Below the pieces are notes generated by a model. That model was not told where the DNA came from and did no database searches. It worked only from the letters and a program-made list of their open reading frames with translations. A stretch of DNA of 54,419 nt, the filler included, from Sphacelaria rigidula (Eukaryota): assembly GCA_964200075.2 (NCBI GenBank). It is 5 parts of 5 records of this genome, joined end to end, with 100 filler letters (N's around TTAATTAATTAA, not from the genome) between each part and the next. Parts side by side here need not be neighbours in the genome. Positions count along the whole stretch, not along the records: positions 1 to 10,806 come from CAXNAA020005880.1; positions 10,907 to 21,711 come from CAXNAA020005881.1; 3 more parts are not named here. One strand, 5' to 3'. Both the position numbers and the translations under genes were made by a program. This document shows, one piece after another, positions 1-11,704 of the stretch. How positions within the stretch are numbered: position 1 is the stretch's first letter; each line of letters opens with the position of its first letter.

Positions 1-264
1 AAAAGAGAAATGCCACTTCAACCCCATATTTTGTATGAACCTCCTTTTCTAGGATCCACTGTTTGTTGTACTCATGTCGTGATTCATGACTTGGGGATTT
101 GAAATGTCAAGTATTTGCGCGGACATGCAGGTGATAAGCCGCTACTGTGTAGTGCGGCGACCTGGCGACAGACGAAGCACATTTCTGGTCCGCAACGGAG
201 CTGTTTGCACCGTGCGATAGCTTAGGCGATGACTTTTTTCTGTTCCGATGCTCATGCACGTGGC

Positions 265-746
265 AATTTCGCTCAACCAGGGCGAACATGCGTAGCTGAT
301 GTAGCTCTTTCCCACAGCTTACCGAGGGCAAACATGCGCGGATGAGCTACGGCAATTATGCGTAGCTCACCTAGCTCTCATAGCTCATCGAGGGCAAATA
401 TGCGTAGCTCATGTAGCTCTCATAGTTCATTCAGGATAAACGTGGGTAGCCAATGCAGCTCGCATAGCTCACCCAGGGGTAATGTGAGCTGATGAGCTAC
501 GGGTTAGTGGCTCACTTAAGGCAGACATGCGTGGCTCATGCAGCTCTTGTAGCTCACCCAGGGCAAATATGAGCTGATGAGCTACGGGTTGGTAGCTCAC
601 CTAGGGGTAACATGCGTAGCTCATGTAGATCTCCTAAACCACCCAGAAGGAACATGCATAGCTCATGTAGCTCTCATAGCTCACTAGGGAGCAACACTAA
701 AAATCAGCAAGGTCGAGCTACAGGGAGCTGATCTGTTCGACGTGTG
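265..746. repeat. Tandem array of ~42-43 bp GTAGCTC/GAGCTAC modules (left arm), ending in a unique tip ...GTTCGACGTGTG
   Basis: Repeated units such as ctcacccagggcaaacatgcgtagctcatgcagctctcatag and atgagctgatgagctacgggttggtagctcacc. The array is the reverse complement of the one at 4689-5465. The left boundary is approximate. Confidence 0.85.
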
Positions 747-2093
747 AAAACGTTCATGTATTCGGCGAGTACTGCTGAGCTCAAGCACATAGGGAAAAGA
801 CGCAACGAGTAGCTTTTCCGACCTGCTCGAGCACTCGTGGGAGTGTGGAAAACTCCAAAACAAATCATGCAAGTACAGCAAGTGCTTGCGGCGAGGTGCA
901 ACAGTCAGGCGCCGGCACCGAAACATACAGGAGCGGTGTGGGAATTTAATCTGTAGTACGATATGCTACCCGCACTTCCGCTCGTGACCTATTTCGCACC
1001 GTGTCATGTCGTACGCGATCGGTTCGTCGACAACGTCGTCGCTTGAGTAAACTGAGCTACGTTTCCATATCACCATATCTATGAGAACGATGACACAATT
1101 ATACTCTGCTCACAGTCACTACAAAATGCACCCCGTGTGGGGTACTCACAGTTGAAGCTAGGGGAAAATGTCCATACAAAAGACTCCGCAGCAGTACGGA
1201 ATAAATTTCCATTCACACGTTGGCAGAACAAGATACCGTCCTGCACAAACGAGTAAGCACACGACCAAACATGGGATTCCGAAGACATGGGAGGCCATAC
1301 TATCCAAAGTCGCGGTGACGAAAAAACGCGCTGTTTGCTGAAATGTTCCCACGATTTGGAGCCGCGAATTCCCCCCCAGAAAGTGAGTATTTCGGATACG
1401 ATTCGATCCACAGAGAACAAAAATACTCGCCATTGTTGACGTCATCTCCAACATCAGGTTGTTTTGACCATTCACAGCAACCGGTCAATTTTCGACAAAT
1501 CCGTGAACTGCGTGCGACTTCATCCTGACTCACTTTGGCGAACAACTTCACGAGCAATTTTCTACCCCGCCACCAAATATTTCAACATGTGAACATTCAC
1601 CACGTGACGTTCAGCATAACCTGAACTCCCTTCGCTTCAAATGGACGTGCATGGCGTTAGCCGTCTACCAAAGAATATTGACTCATCACCCAACATGATA
1701 TTTATCGCCAGTCACAAGACTGCGCGCTACACGCAACTCGCAGCTTGAGGCCGTATATATGACCATGATTGCGGGTGAGAGTCATCACAACATCAGCGGA
1801 CGTTCCAGCGATGACGGCCAGACCCCCTATCAACTGGGTTGCTTCAATTTCCCTTTTTTATCTCGAAAGATGAGCACAAAACCTTGCCGTGTACTTCACT
1901 ACTTCTATTTTTGTACAGCGCTTCCTACTGCACTCCATTGCCCCGTCTACTCAACATTGGGTTCCTTGAAACCTTGCGCAAACGACAGCTGTTGCGCCGA
2001 GGCAGGACACGCAAGCCGCCACAGAGGCTTGTCGCAATCTCGCCTGAAAATGAGCCATTGAACAAAGGCAGGTGACGCCACTTTCAAAACCAG

Positions 2094-3565
2094 TTACCAA
2101 TCCCCTTCGGGTCTGAGTAGCTGCAACGAAGCAGGCAAACTCCCCCTCTCCATCAAGCTGCTGCATGATACATATCCCAAACAGAGCTGCCGCAGGGAGT
2201 CAGGCCACCGCGCCTCCTCAACAGGCTGATTGAAATAGCTCCCGAATACGAGCTTATGCAAAGAGGCGGGCCACGTCACCCTCTCAACGGGCCGATTGAA
2301 GTACATCCCGAAAGTCAGCTCCTGCAGCGCAGCAGGCCACCGCATCCTCTCAATAGGTCGATTGAAAAGCACACCAAACCTCAGCTCCCGCAGCGCAGCA
2401 GGCCATTTTCCCTCCTCTATGGGCTGGTCGAAGCGCTCTCCAAACGTGAGACACTGTAGCGAAGCAGGCCACATAACACTTTCAACAGCTCGGTTGAAGT
2501 TACTCCCAAAGCGAAGCTTTTGCAGAGAGGCAGGCCAGGTTACCCCTTCAACGGGCTTGTTAAATCTCTCTCCAAAGGAGAGATACTGCAGCGAGGCGGG
2601 CCACTGCACTCCCTCAATGGGCTTATTGAAATCCACCCCCAAAACGAGACGCTGCAGCGAAGCAGGCCACCGCACTCCCTCAACTGGATGATCGAAATCA
2701 AACCCCAAATCGAGATCCTGCAGCGAGGCGGGCCACGTAACGCTCTCAATAGGATGATTGAACGACCCGAGGGAGAGCCCCCGAAGAGAAGAAGGCCACT
2801 CAACCCCCTCGATGGGCTGATTAAACATCCAGAAAGTAAGTTGTTGCAGCGAAGCAGGCCAAGTCACCCCCTCAATAGGGTGGTCGAAAGCCCCGTCGAA
2901 ATCGATACGCTGGAGGTGGGAAGGCCACACCACCTCCGCTATGGGCTGATTAAAATATATCCCAAAAAACAGACGCTGTAGAGAGGGAGGCCACACCACT
3001 CCATCAATTGGATGGTTGAAGTCAGAGTCTAAATTCATGTATTGCAGCGAAGAGGGCCACACCACCTGCTCGATGGGCTGGTCGAAGTCCCCTTGAATCA
3101 CAAGTTCCCGCAGTGACGCAGGCCACACCACCCGATCAATGGGCTGATTGAACTTTGGGAGTTCTTCACCCACGCTTGGAAATGTAATATTTTCAACTCC
3201 CCGCGGCCATACCACATTTTCCAAACTGCGGTTGAAGTCGGGCGAAAATTCCACGTGTTCCACGCGAGACAATATATCGTTCTCGCTACACATGAAGTGC
3301 GCTGGAGCGCACTCCATACACGTCACGCCACGCGCCCGCAACAACGGCACACGGCTCACAGCTGTAGAGGCTTCCTCGACGCTGGTCGCCCAAAGCCGTT
3401 TCGGTGTGTTTCTCCCCACGTTCACGTGAAGAGTGCTGACGCTACGGCAAGCCAGACAAAACTGTAGCGACGCCAGCTCCAAGTTCTTGGTTGACAAGTA
3501 CGGGTGTTGTACGGAGCAAGCTTCGTTGAGCAAGATGGTGATGGCGTCGAGACACAGACTGCGGC
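2094..3565 (-). CDS. FNIP (IP22, LRR-like) repeat protein, large terminal coding exon
   Basis: Stop-free ORF 2094-3533 with about 16 tandem 21-22 aa repeats FNxPIExVxWPxSLQxLxFGxx. The listed start is TTG. A polypyrimidine acceptor (gttttctcgcttcag|GC) lies at 3566, so the exon probably begins at 3565. The upstream exon/ATG was not identified. Confidence 0.9.
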
Positions 3566-4688
3566 CTGAAGCGAGAAAACAAATGGCAATGGCGCAGTCA
3601 ATGGACTAGTCGTGAATCGTGTTGTGTTGCGTTACTCAGGGATTGCATGGTATCATCGGCAATCAGCTCCGAGCAAGGTGGGAATTTGACACGCGGGAGC
3701 TCGAAAACGGCGCAATATCACCGAGTGGGAAAACGACCAGAGTGCGATGGTGGTCACTTAGGATATGTCTTGACGTGCCTGCGGGACCTACTTTTCTGTT
3801 TGACGAAAAATATTTTGGAGGGCTCGTGATCGGCGGGCCCCTAAATCCTTGCAGTAAACATGCCGGGTTGTTTGTATTATATTATACTGATCTGTACGCT
3901 TTTGCACAGTACACATACCGACCCGTCCTTCATCTTACGGTACTCTACCCTTTGATACCAAAACAATGGCACCGAATCGTCTTGTGTGGTCGGTAGTAAA
4001 TCATCCAAGGTCATTTTCTGTAGCGTTCGCCAGCTGAAACTAGGGTATTTACAGTACAAAACAAATACATTCGATCGGTTAATACCCTTGTGAACCATTC
4101 CGGACAATTCCGAACAGTTCTCGAGTTGCCAACGGAAAGGATGAACTGTAGGACTTGGGTCTGACTCGTTCTCGTTTTTCGAAATGACTCGTATCACTCA
4201 TCTCTGACTCCTTATTTTCGGAATGGATCGCTGGACGCAATACACCACGACCCATAGCTCGTTGGTTATGTGAAAGTGTTTCCAGGGCGCAAACTTGTAG
4301 CACGGACACGAACAAACGCAAGAAGGATCTCTGTTATCGCTCGATTGTCCCGGGGTCCACGGCACGCTATACTTCAGCATGGAGATATTGACGCCATGTC
4401 ATATCTCCAAGATAATTCATGAACAAGAACACTAGTTTTGCTGGCAAAATATCTTCTTCCATCCCAACGAAAAACAGGAGTATTCGACGGTACCATCAGC
4501 GGGTACACGAGATCTGCGGACTACGTGAGTAACATTCAGCGTCTTACCACACCGCACGACTGTGGCTGGGCGTGTAGACCCTCCCAGCCAACCGATGATT
4601 ACCTTGACCTTGCCAGCCAATCGATGATTGGAAAAAACTGTTGCTCCAGTACCGAAAACTGATAAATCAAGGGCGGTGTACGACTCCT

Positions 4689-5465
4689 CACACGTCGGAC
4701 AGGTCAGCGCCCTGTAGCTCGAGCCAGCTCTTTCTTAGCGTAGCTCCCTCGTTAGTCATGAGAGCTACATGAGCTACGCATGTTCCTCCTGGGTGAGCTA
4801 TGAAAGATTCATGAGCTACACTCATTTGCCCTGGGTGAGCTACCGGACGTAGCTCATCAGCTCATATTCGTCCTGGGTGAGCTGTGGGAGCTGTATGAGC
4901 TACACACATTTGCCATAGGTGAGCTACGAACCCATAGCTCATTAGCTCATATCCGTCCTGGATGAGCTATGAGAGCTGCATGAGCTACGCATGTTTGCCC
5001 TGGATGAGCTACGAGCCCGAAGCTCATCAGCTCAGATTCTCCCTGGGTGAGCTATGAGAGCTGCATGGGCTACGCATGTCTGCCCTGGGTGAGCTATGAG
5101 AGATGCATGAGTTACACATGTTTGCCCTAGGTGATCTATGGGAGCTGTATGAGCTGCACACGTTTGCTAGAGGTGAGTTACCAACCCGTAGTTCATCAGC
5201 TTATATCCGTCCTGGGTGAGCTATAAGACTGCATGAACTACGCATGTATGCTCCGCATGAGCTACCAACCCGTAGCTCATCAGCTCGGATTCTCCCTGGG
5301 TGAGCTATGGGGACTGCATGAGCCACGCATGTTCGTCCTGGGTGAGCTACCAACTCGTAGCTCATCAACTCATATTCGTCCTGGGTGAGCTACCGGACGT
5401 AGCTCACATGTACATGTTTGACTACAAGTGAGCTACGGCCCGCAGATGGACTAGCTCATGAGCTG
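4689..5465. repeat. Tandem array of ~16 mixed 42-bp (A) and 43-bp (B) GAGCTAC modules (right arm), starting with unique tip CACACGTCGGAC...
   Basis: A = cctgggtgagctatgagagctgcatgagctacgcatgtttgc. B = cctgggtgagctaccaacccgtagctcatcagctcatattcgt, which contains the hairpin gagctac-N6-gtagctc. The array is inverted relative to 265-746. Confidence 0.9.
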
Positions 5466-6479
5466 TCCTACGTGTGCAACTCTTGCAGAGACAGATGAAG
5501 GCTGGCCCTGGAGCACTACGCACGCAGCGAGAAGCACGCCGTGAGCCAAAGTACCTCCTTCTCATTCGAAACTGAAGTGCAGGCGATCATTGCAGAGAGG
5601 TCGTTCCAGGGATGTGTGAGCAGCGCGTCGGCCAAACGGAAGCAATAAAATCTGGCATCTTGAGGGAAACAAAAGCAGGAAATCGACATGACAGAGAATG
5701 GGGTCAACATTGCCCCAAATCGCCACAGTCACTGTAGCTGCTCTTCTCGGTCGAGGTTTGGAGGTCACGGCCTCAAATTTTGAGGAGAGTCGCGAATCGA
5801 CAACTTGGAGTCCATAAAAGCGGGCTTTATTGCTACTATCACTACTGTTCATCGTACCAAAGATGAGGGCAAATGTTTTCTCTATGGGAAACCCAGGCAA
5901 ACGGTCGTGACCTTTCCCCGGAAAACATTTTTGTGATGACCTCAAGAGATGCTAAACACGTACGTATCCTCGAAGCTTCTGTTCCCAATTTTCAAAACCT
6001 TAATCGGAAACTCGTAGGCGACACCTTCTCTTGTCTCAAGGAGGAAGACCAACCTGTGTGTATTGTCTCGGGGTTTTCAGTCATTGCGGAGAAAACGGAC
6101 AGTTGAGGGACCGTTGGCGGTCGAAATATTTGGCGCTCCGACGATCATATTGGTCGTGTGTTTCGTGTTTATTCCTTCAGTCGGTGCCGCTTTCTCTTCC
6201 CCTCTTTCAGCTCCCAAGATTGCTGAGCAACACTCGGAGCATGTCGTAAGGGTCGGTCTTTGTGAGGTGTGAAACATGAGGCGGAATTTGATGTGCGATT
6301 GCTACACCATTCCAGGACGTTTGGGTGAGTCAGCACAATTCCTGCCTTTCTGCGGTGTTCTTCATGTTATGTGAAGGTACAACCATGTCATGTCGATCAC
6401 CTGCTAGGATCGTCTCCTTTTGGGCTAAACGCGAGTTTCAAAGCCGTCCACCCTAACTATGCTGAATCTACATACTTCG

Positions 6480-8940
6480 TTCGTCCAAGGTCCCCCCTCT
6501 GCTGTGCAGTGAAGTATCGTGGGCACTGTTCCCATCGATGCAAACCGTCTGTATTCCCGGCAAAACACCAAACGGACAAGATGGGGGTATACGTGTTCAA
6601 CCCGTCGGATGACGAAGATAGGGCAGTAAAGAAGAATGATCGGATAGTCAAAATACCAGCGACATCCACTTAAAGGCATCAACGATGAAAGTACGCAATT
6701 TGATATTTAGTTCCACGAACGTTGAGTGTACCCCACCATTCATGTTTGCTAAAAATCTTGTAATCGTGCGGACATGCCCGTTAATAATCACAATCTGCGA
6801 ATTAGCGCACATCAATGGCGAACGATACAAAACTAGGTCATTTGGATCACCTTCGGCTGAGGTCTTTTTGCCTCGTTTGTCTTCGCTTCGGACAGGGGAA
6901 ACATTCTCCTCTGTAAATTCCATACGAATTACATGCAACCTGTGTTGGTGTACAGTGACATTCTCGTAGATGTTATTCTGTATACTGCGAATTGAGAGGG
7001 TGTGCCCACAAGGTCACAGGCTTCCGAACGTATACGTGATAGTGGGGAATACTCACGTTTGGCACAATAAGAGCTCCAACCGCATGATTTCATTTTCAGT
7101 AGCACCCCCTGCCCCCCTCGCACATTTGCAAAAACACCGGCACAAAGTTGCAAGGGTGGGTCTGGAAGATAAATACCCGGGTATTCACAGTTCCGGATTT
7201 TGTGCTGCGATGATCCCATCTCCGAACTGAGACCAAACATTGTGTCAAGTGAGGTGCCATCACAGTACTCTACTCCAAATCTAGGAAGAAATGAATACTA
7301 TTTTGCAACATACCCCAATGTAGGAAATACCCTACCCTAAACATGTACCCTTGGAAACTCGTCGAAAATATGGCGCAAGACTTGACGCAACCAGCCGCAA
7401 GCTGGGTTGGAAAAGGTTAGGCGGCATTCAAACCGCTCACGAGTGCCCTGTGCCAGGTCTTCTATACCCCCCCACCCCCAGTCACGACACCAGGCCATTC
7501 ATACAAAACCAAATCCTCGAAAATCGGCGCTGTGATTGGGCTGGTGCCCTGAACGCAACTCAACTGCGTCAGATTTCCAGAGATCGCGACAAATATCAAC
7601 ACATGCCAGACATGTAGAATTTTGCGTGGTCGTTGGTGCGTGTCAGAAGGTTCCTTGATGCAACCGAGATGTAAATGTATGAGTAACTCAGGAAACACAG
7701 CATCACGTACAGTACAAACACCCGCAAGAGACAGCGCGTGTATCTACAGATGGCTTGACTGCACTACAGCTGGCATCAGTTTTGTCGTCTCTTTCGACAC
7801 TCCAAACCCAAGCGGAGGTACCACTGCCGATTTGCCCTTCTAGTTTTTGTTCAAGGCTATGCCGTGAACAAGTGATTCATTTGAATGTTATCAAAGTCTT
7901 AACAGGCATCACCTCCGGGATGTTTAGTGATTTTCTTACCTTCCTCCGTCCACGGCGACGTACGTGTTAAAAATACAGCATTTCAAACATAGATGGGTGT
8001 TTATCCTGCATTGTCTTTATGGATTACAAAAAGTGCGCGTTCCGCACACCAACGATCAGCTCAGAGACCGCCATGTCATATATCGCGCAAGCTTCCTCAT
8101 GGTCATCGACACCGGCATCAGCTTCATCTGGAACTAGATATTCTCAAGCTATGTGCAAGCAAGCTTACTACCAAGTTATTGAAACACCCCGGCAGTCTAT
8201 CGTGTAGTCTTCTGATGCCTTCTTTCATTTCTCCGTGGTTATGCCCGCCATGTTACATCACTGAAGCTCTCACAGAAACCTTCCGAGAAATGTCACAGAA
8301 ACCTTCCGAGAAATGAATCAAAATCTGAGGGCTGTGTGGGCGAGAGGCCTAGAAAAATAGCGGGGTAAATAGATCTCTGTGCACGGAGCAAAGACATCTC
8401 AGCCTTCCTCGGTCATCGTTTGTAAGTTTTCCTTTTTATACGAGGACGTTCGCGACCCCATCAACCACACGACGGCCTGTACGACATGGATAATGCTGAT
8501 CCTCCGGTAGATGTCTTCCAGAGCTTCCGAAGAAAAAACAGAGTCCATCGGAGCACGTGCGCGGTGTGGTGCTTCCCTGCTGAAATGATGTTCATGGACC
8601 GTGATTCATTTCCGTTCATCAGGCAGCGCTCGTGCTACTGTCAATTTCTCCAGATAATTGGATTTTTCGTCCAGGTTCATCTCTGATGTGTTATCACAAC
8701 GATTGCATTTGTGGCCATACGAAAGCAAAGGCAACCCCGCAAAATCCACGCCATGTTTTGTGCCCGAGTGATGGTGCTATGTCAACGGTTCAGGTCTGGA
8801 AGACTTAGTGAAAGCGCGCGGCGGCGTAAAAATCCTCCACCGTTTTGCGAATCTCCCGCACAACGGATGTGATAGTTCAGGATACGCGTGAGTGTACTGA
8901 CCACACCGTGGAGCCAATTACTAAGTGGCCGTGCTGAAAC
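6480..8940 (+). pseudogene. Possible heavily decayed KDZ (Kyakuja/Dileera/Zisupton-like) transposase
   Basis: Frame-shifted fragments read by eye, in order: Cys/His clusters CCAVKYRGHCSH (~6500), CYSVYCELRGCAH (~6970) and CQTC (~7594); LHYSWHQFCRLF..YHC (~7760); AVWC (~8560); SSRFISDVLSQR (~8670); LHRFANLPHNGCDSSGY..Y.PHRGAN..VA (~8835-8930). The last resembles the KDZ DxFH..H..C..Y....N...EQ core. There are many stops. Confidence 0.4.
8270..8315. repeat. Perfect 23-bp tandem duplication
   Basis: tcacagaaaccttccgagaaatg occurs twice in tandem. Confidence 0.9.
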
Positions 8941-9109
8941 CAAGTACTATACTGAAACCAAGTAGTCAACGACTAATTTGAAATCAAATATATTTCATAC
9001 TATACTGAAACCAAGAAAGTCTATTTCCACACCAAGCTCAAGTTTTACCCTGGGCATGTAGACTATACCACACAAATGCCATGGTCCAAACGCGGATGCT
9101 GCTACGTCG

Positions 9110-10250
9110 ATCGTTGACGAGGGCGCCGGCGCTGCTAGCGCTGTCGAAGCCCATGCCCCTCCCCAACACAGGGAAGACACGAAAACTCCTCAATTTTGAG
9201 CTGATCATGCACCATCCAGGGTGGTGACGGCGTTCTACGATTGCGTGTACCGGTGGAGAGAGAGGAAGAATACAGTTTCTGTTCTACATTTTTCACACTC
9301 TCGATAGCCTCCAAGGGGGGGGGGGGGGGGGGTGACAAGTGATATTTTCCTTCAAGGATGCGCAAATCAGTTATGGCGGAAGGCATCCAGCGTAGGGATA
9401 TAGACTGTTCGGGAGCAAGTCCATACATGTGTTGATTTGGTGTTATAAAGCTTGGTTTGCTTACGCGGAGGGCCCTCCCGTCGGTGTATGGGTATTCATA
9501 TACACGTTATATACTAGTCAACTCGAGTCTTGACATGAACAAAAAAAAATGAAGGTAAGTACTCTTTTCGATACTACAGTAGGAAAATAGTTTTGGAGGA
9601 AACCATGTCATGGGGAAACATGTATTCCACACTCTAGAACATGGACCAAGTTGTCAAAAGGCGTACCACGTCAGGTATCGAAATGATTTCGGTGGCAACA
9701 GACTGAAGATTCGACACTGTATCCGACAACGTTTCGAGAATACATATGTTATCCGGGGTATAGCATAGCATTAGGAGTAGATCCATATATTCATTGACTA
9801 GCTAGGTATGGCAGCAGCGTAGCTTGCTAGCGTGGAGGGCCCTATCGTGTATGCCAAGCTTCGTACCACCGGAGTACTCACTGTTGTTGCCCCGCTGTTC
9901 TCCGGCAGATTCAACACAACCAAGACCCCATCAGAAGCCTGAAATTTAGTGCACGGCGAATACTTCTTCGTGGAAGCATATTCAGAGCATTGGTGAAGTC
10001 ACGTAAGGAGGGTGGGTCCATGGCTTCATCCAGCACAGCAGAGTAGCCATCCCAGGAACGTGGTACCCACCGTTTCGGCCTGTCGCAAAATAACCGTGGT
10101 GCCCCTCACCATCAGTTGCGTAGCTAGCAAGGGTGTCCATGTACTGATGATGCCTTCCATAGTACATTTGGTACCACCGTGTACTCCACCCGCAAACGGC
10201 TGACACGTTGGATGACATCCATTGGTAAGGTTGTTTTTGGATACTCTCAT
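9110..10250 (-). mobile_element. Degenerate non-LTR (LINE-type) reverse transcriptase remnant
   Basis: Minus-strand fragments occur in RT order: PPSLRDFTNALNMLP (~10000), ITPNQHMYGLAPEQS and TLDAFRH (~9400, cf. QxGF.PGRSTxD), AVTTLDG (~9225) and GHGLRQ (~9145, cf. GLRQG). The remnant is interrupted by a G17 run at 9316-9332. Confidence 0.4.
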
Positions 10251-10806
10251 CGTCGGGGAGGGGGGAGGGGAGGGAAGGGTGACCTAAAGGAGGCAAGTGG
10301 GATGCATACGTTCCAGTAACGACTCGCGTGTTCCGGGGCATCCCCGTCTGTATTTATAACCAGTCCTGACGGTAGACTAGAATGTTAGGGCGTACTCGGG
10401 AAATAAATTGGAGCAATATCTTCCTCGGGGTGCCTGTAGTCCCTTTGAGGAAAACAACAGGTATGGCGAGTGAGGAAAGGTTTGAGGCCTTTTTCTGGTG
10501 CCCATCACGCATTCCGATGCATTGTTGTCTAGCCGCAAACGACACACACGTCGGATAACACCCCCTGAGAAAGTTCGGGAAGGTAATACGTTGGCATTAT
10601 CCCCCGGAAAAGGGATGGCGGGTGGGAGAAGTCATCAGGCAGTCGGGTGGAGTGAATACATTCTAGCGATACATTCCTCATATTCAGGAACATCGCCATT
10701 CGTAGACAAAACTCTTGCACGGAATCAGTGAAGGGGAGGGGGGGGGGGAACGTACTCATTTGGTTGGTCGGAAGAGCGGCGGGTAGGGAAAGAGTGGAGA
10801 TCTCGG

Positions 10807-10906
10807 NNNNNNNNNNNNNNNNNNNNNNNNNNNNNNNNNNNNNNNNNNNNTTAATTAATTAANNNNNNNNNNNNNNNNNNNNNNNNNNNNNNNNNNNNNN
10901 NNNNNN
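10807..10906. other. Artificial contig linker (N44-TTAATTAATTAA-N44)
   Basis: 100-bp spacer with a six-frame stop sequence, repeated identically four times in the window. Confidence 0.98.
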
Positions 10907-11312
10907 TGCCTATCGCACCGTATGACGGCTGTTTGGAGCAGCCCTCCTGACCGCACCTCCTCCTGCTCAAGACATCCACCATGCCCGTGCCAGCATGTTG
11001 AGCGCAGAACTCTGCCTGCCTGCTGCCTATCGCACCGTACGACCGCCGTTTGGAGCAGCCCTCCTGACCGCACGTACTGCTCATGACCGTTAGCATGCCC
11101 GTGCCAGCATGCTTAGCGCAGAATTCCGCCCGCCTGCTGTCTACCGTAACGTATGGCGCTTGATTAGAGCAGCCTTCCATGCCGAACGTCTCACTCACGA
11201 CATCCGTCATGCCTGCGGCAGCATGTTGAGGGCAAAATTCGCCATTTTGACTACCCGCCGCACCCAAGGAGGGCTCTGTTGAGCACCCTACGGCGGAGCA
11301 CGGGACAGGCAT
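10907..11312 (-). CDS. EsV-1-7 cysteine-rich repeat protein (3'-truncated at contig edge)
   Basis: ATG at 11312, then about 3.5 repeats of CxxxGCxKxPSYGxxGSxxAEFCxxHAxxGMxDV. This is the EsV-1-7 motif known from the phaeovirus EsV-1 and expanded in brown algae. Confidence 0.88.
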
Positions 11313-11704
11313 CTCCTACACCGGGCAAGCATAGAGTCGCACATCACACAAGTCTTGTCGGCAGCAACTGCATAATGACCGCTCCGTCAGATCCGCTCCA
11401 CGACCAGGAGCTCCCCAGCTGTAGTTCAGAAGTTTATTTCGAGCACAAAGAGGAAGCGGGTCATTCAGCAGGGCGATACAGACGGTGCCAGCTTTCGCTC
11501 ACTCATTCGGTACAGTCAAGGGATGGGAGCAAGATTGTCAACGCAAGGCGCGAGATGCTCATACCGCAGAGATCGCTCACAGGCGTACCACAAGGAAGTT
11601 GTAAAACCTGTCACACGAATGACTCCTACGTTTTCGTCCATCCGTCTTTCTGCCGTTGCTTGCATAAACCAGCCCAAGCTTCAGCGAATGCAGCATTAGT
11701 GACA

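Noticed and set aside
2256-3467. Plus-strand ORFs overlapping the FNIP gene
   Set aside because: These are antisense shadows of the repetitive coding sequence.
4689-5465. CRISPR array (regularly spaced palindromic repeats)
   Set aside because: The intervening sequences are copies of two modules rather than unique spacers. There are no cas genes and the context is eukaryotic.
10851-10862. TTAATTAATTAA as a biological palindrome or PacI site
   Set aside because: Synthetic six-frame-stop linker centred in each N spacer.
2094-11312. FNIP and EsV-1-7 genes as one integrated viral region
   Set aside because: They lie on different contigs separated by an artificial linker, and no NCLDV core gene is visible.
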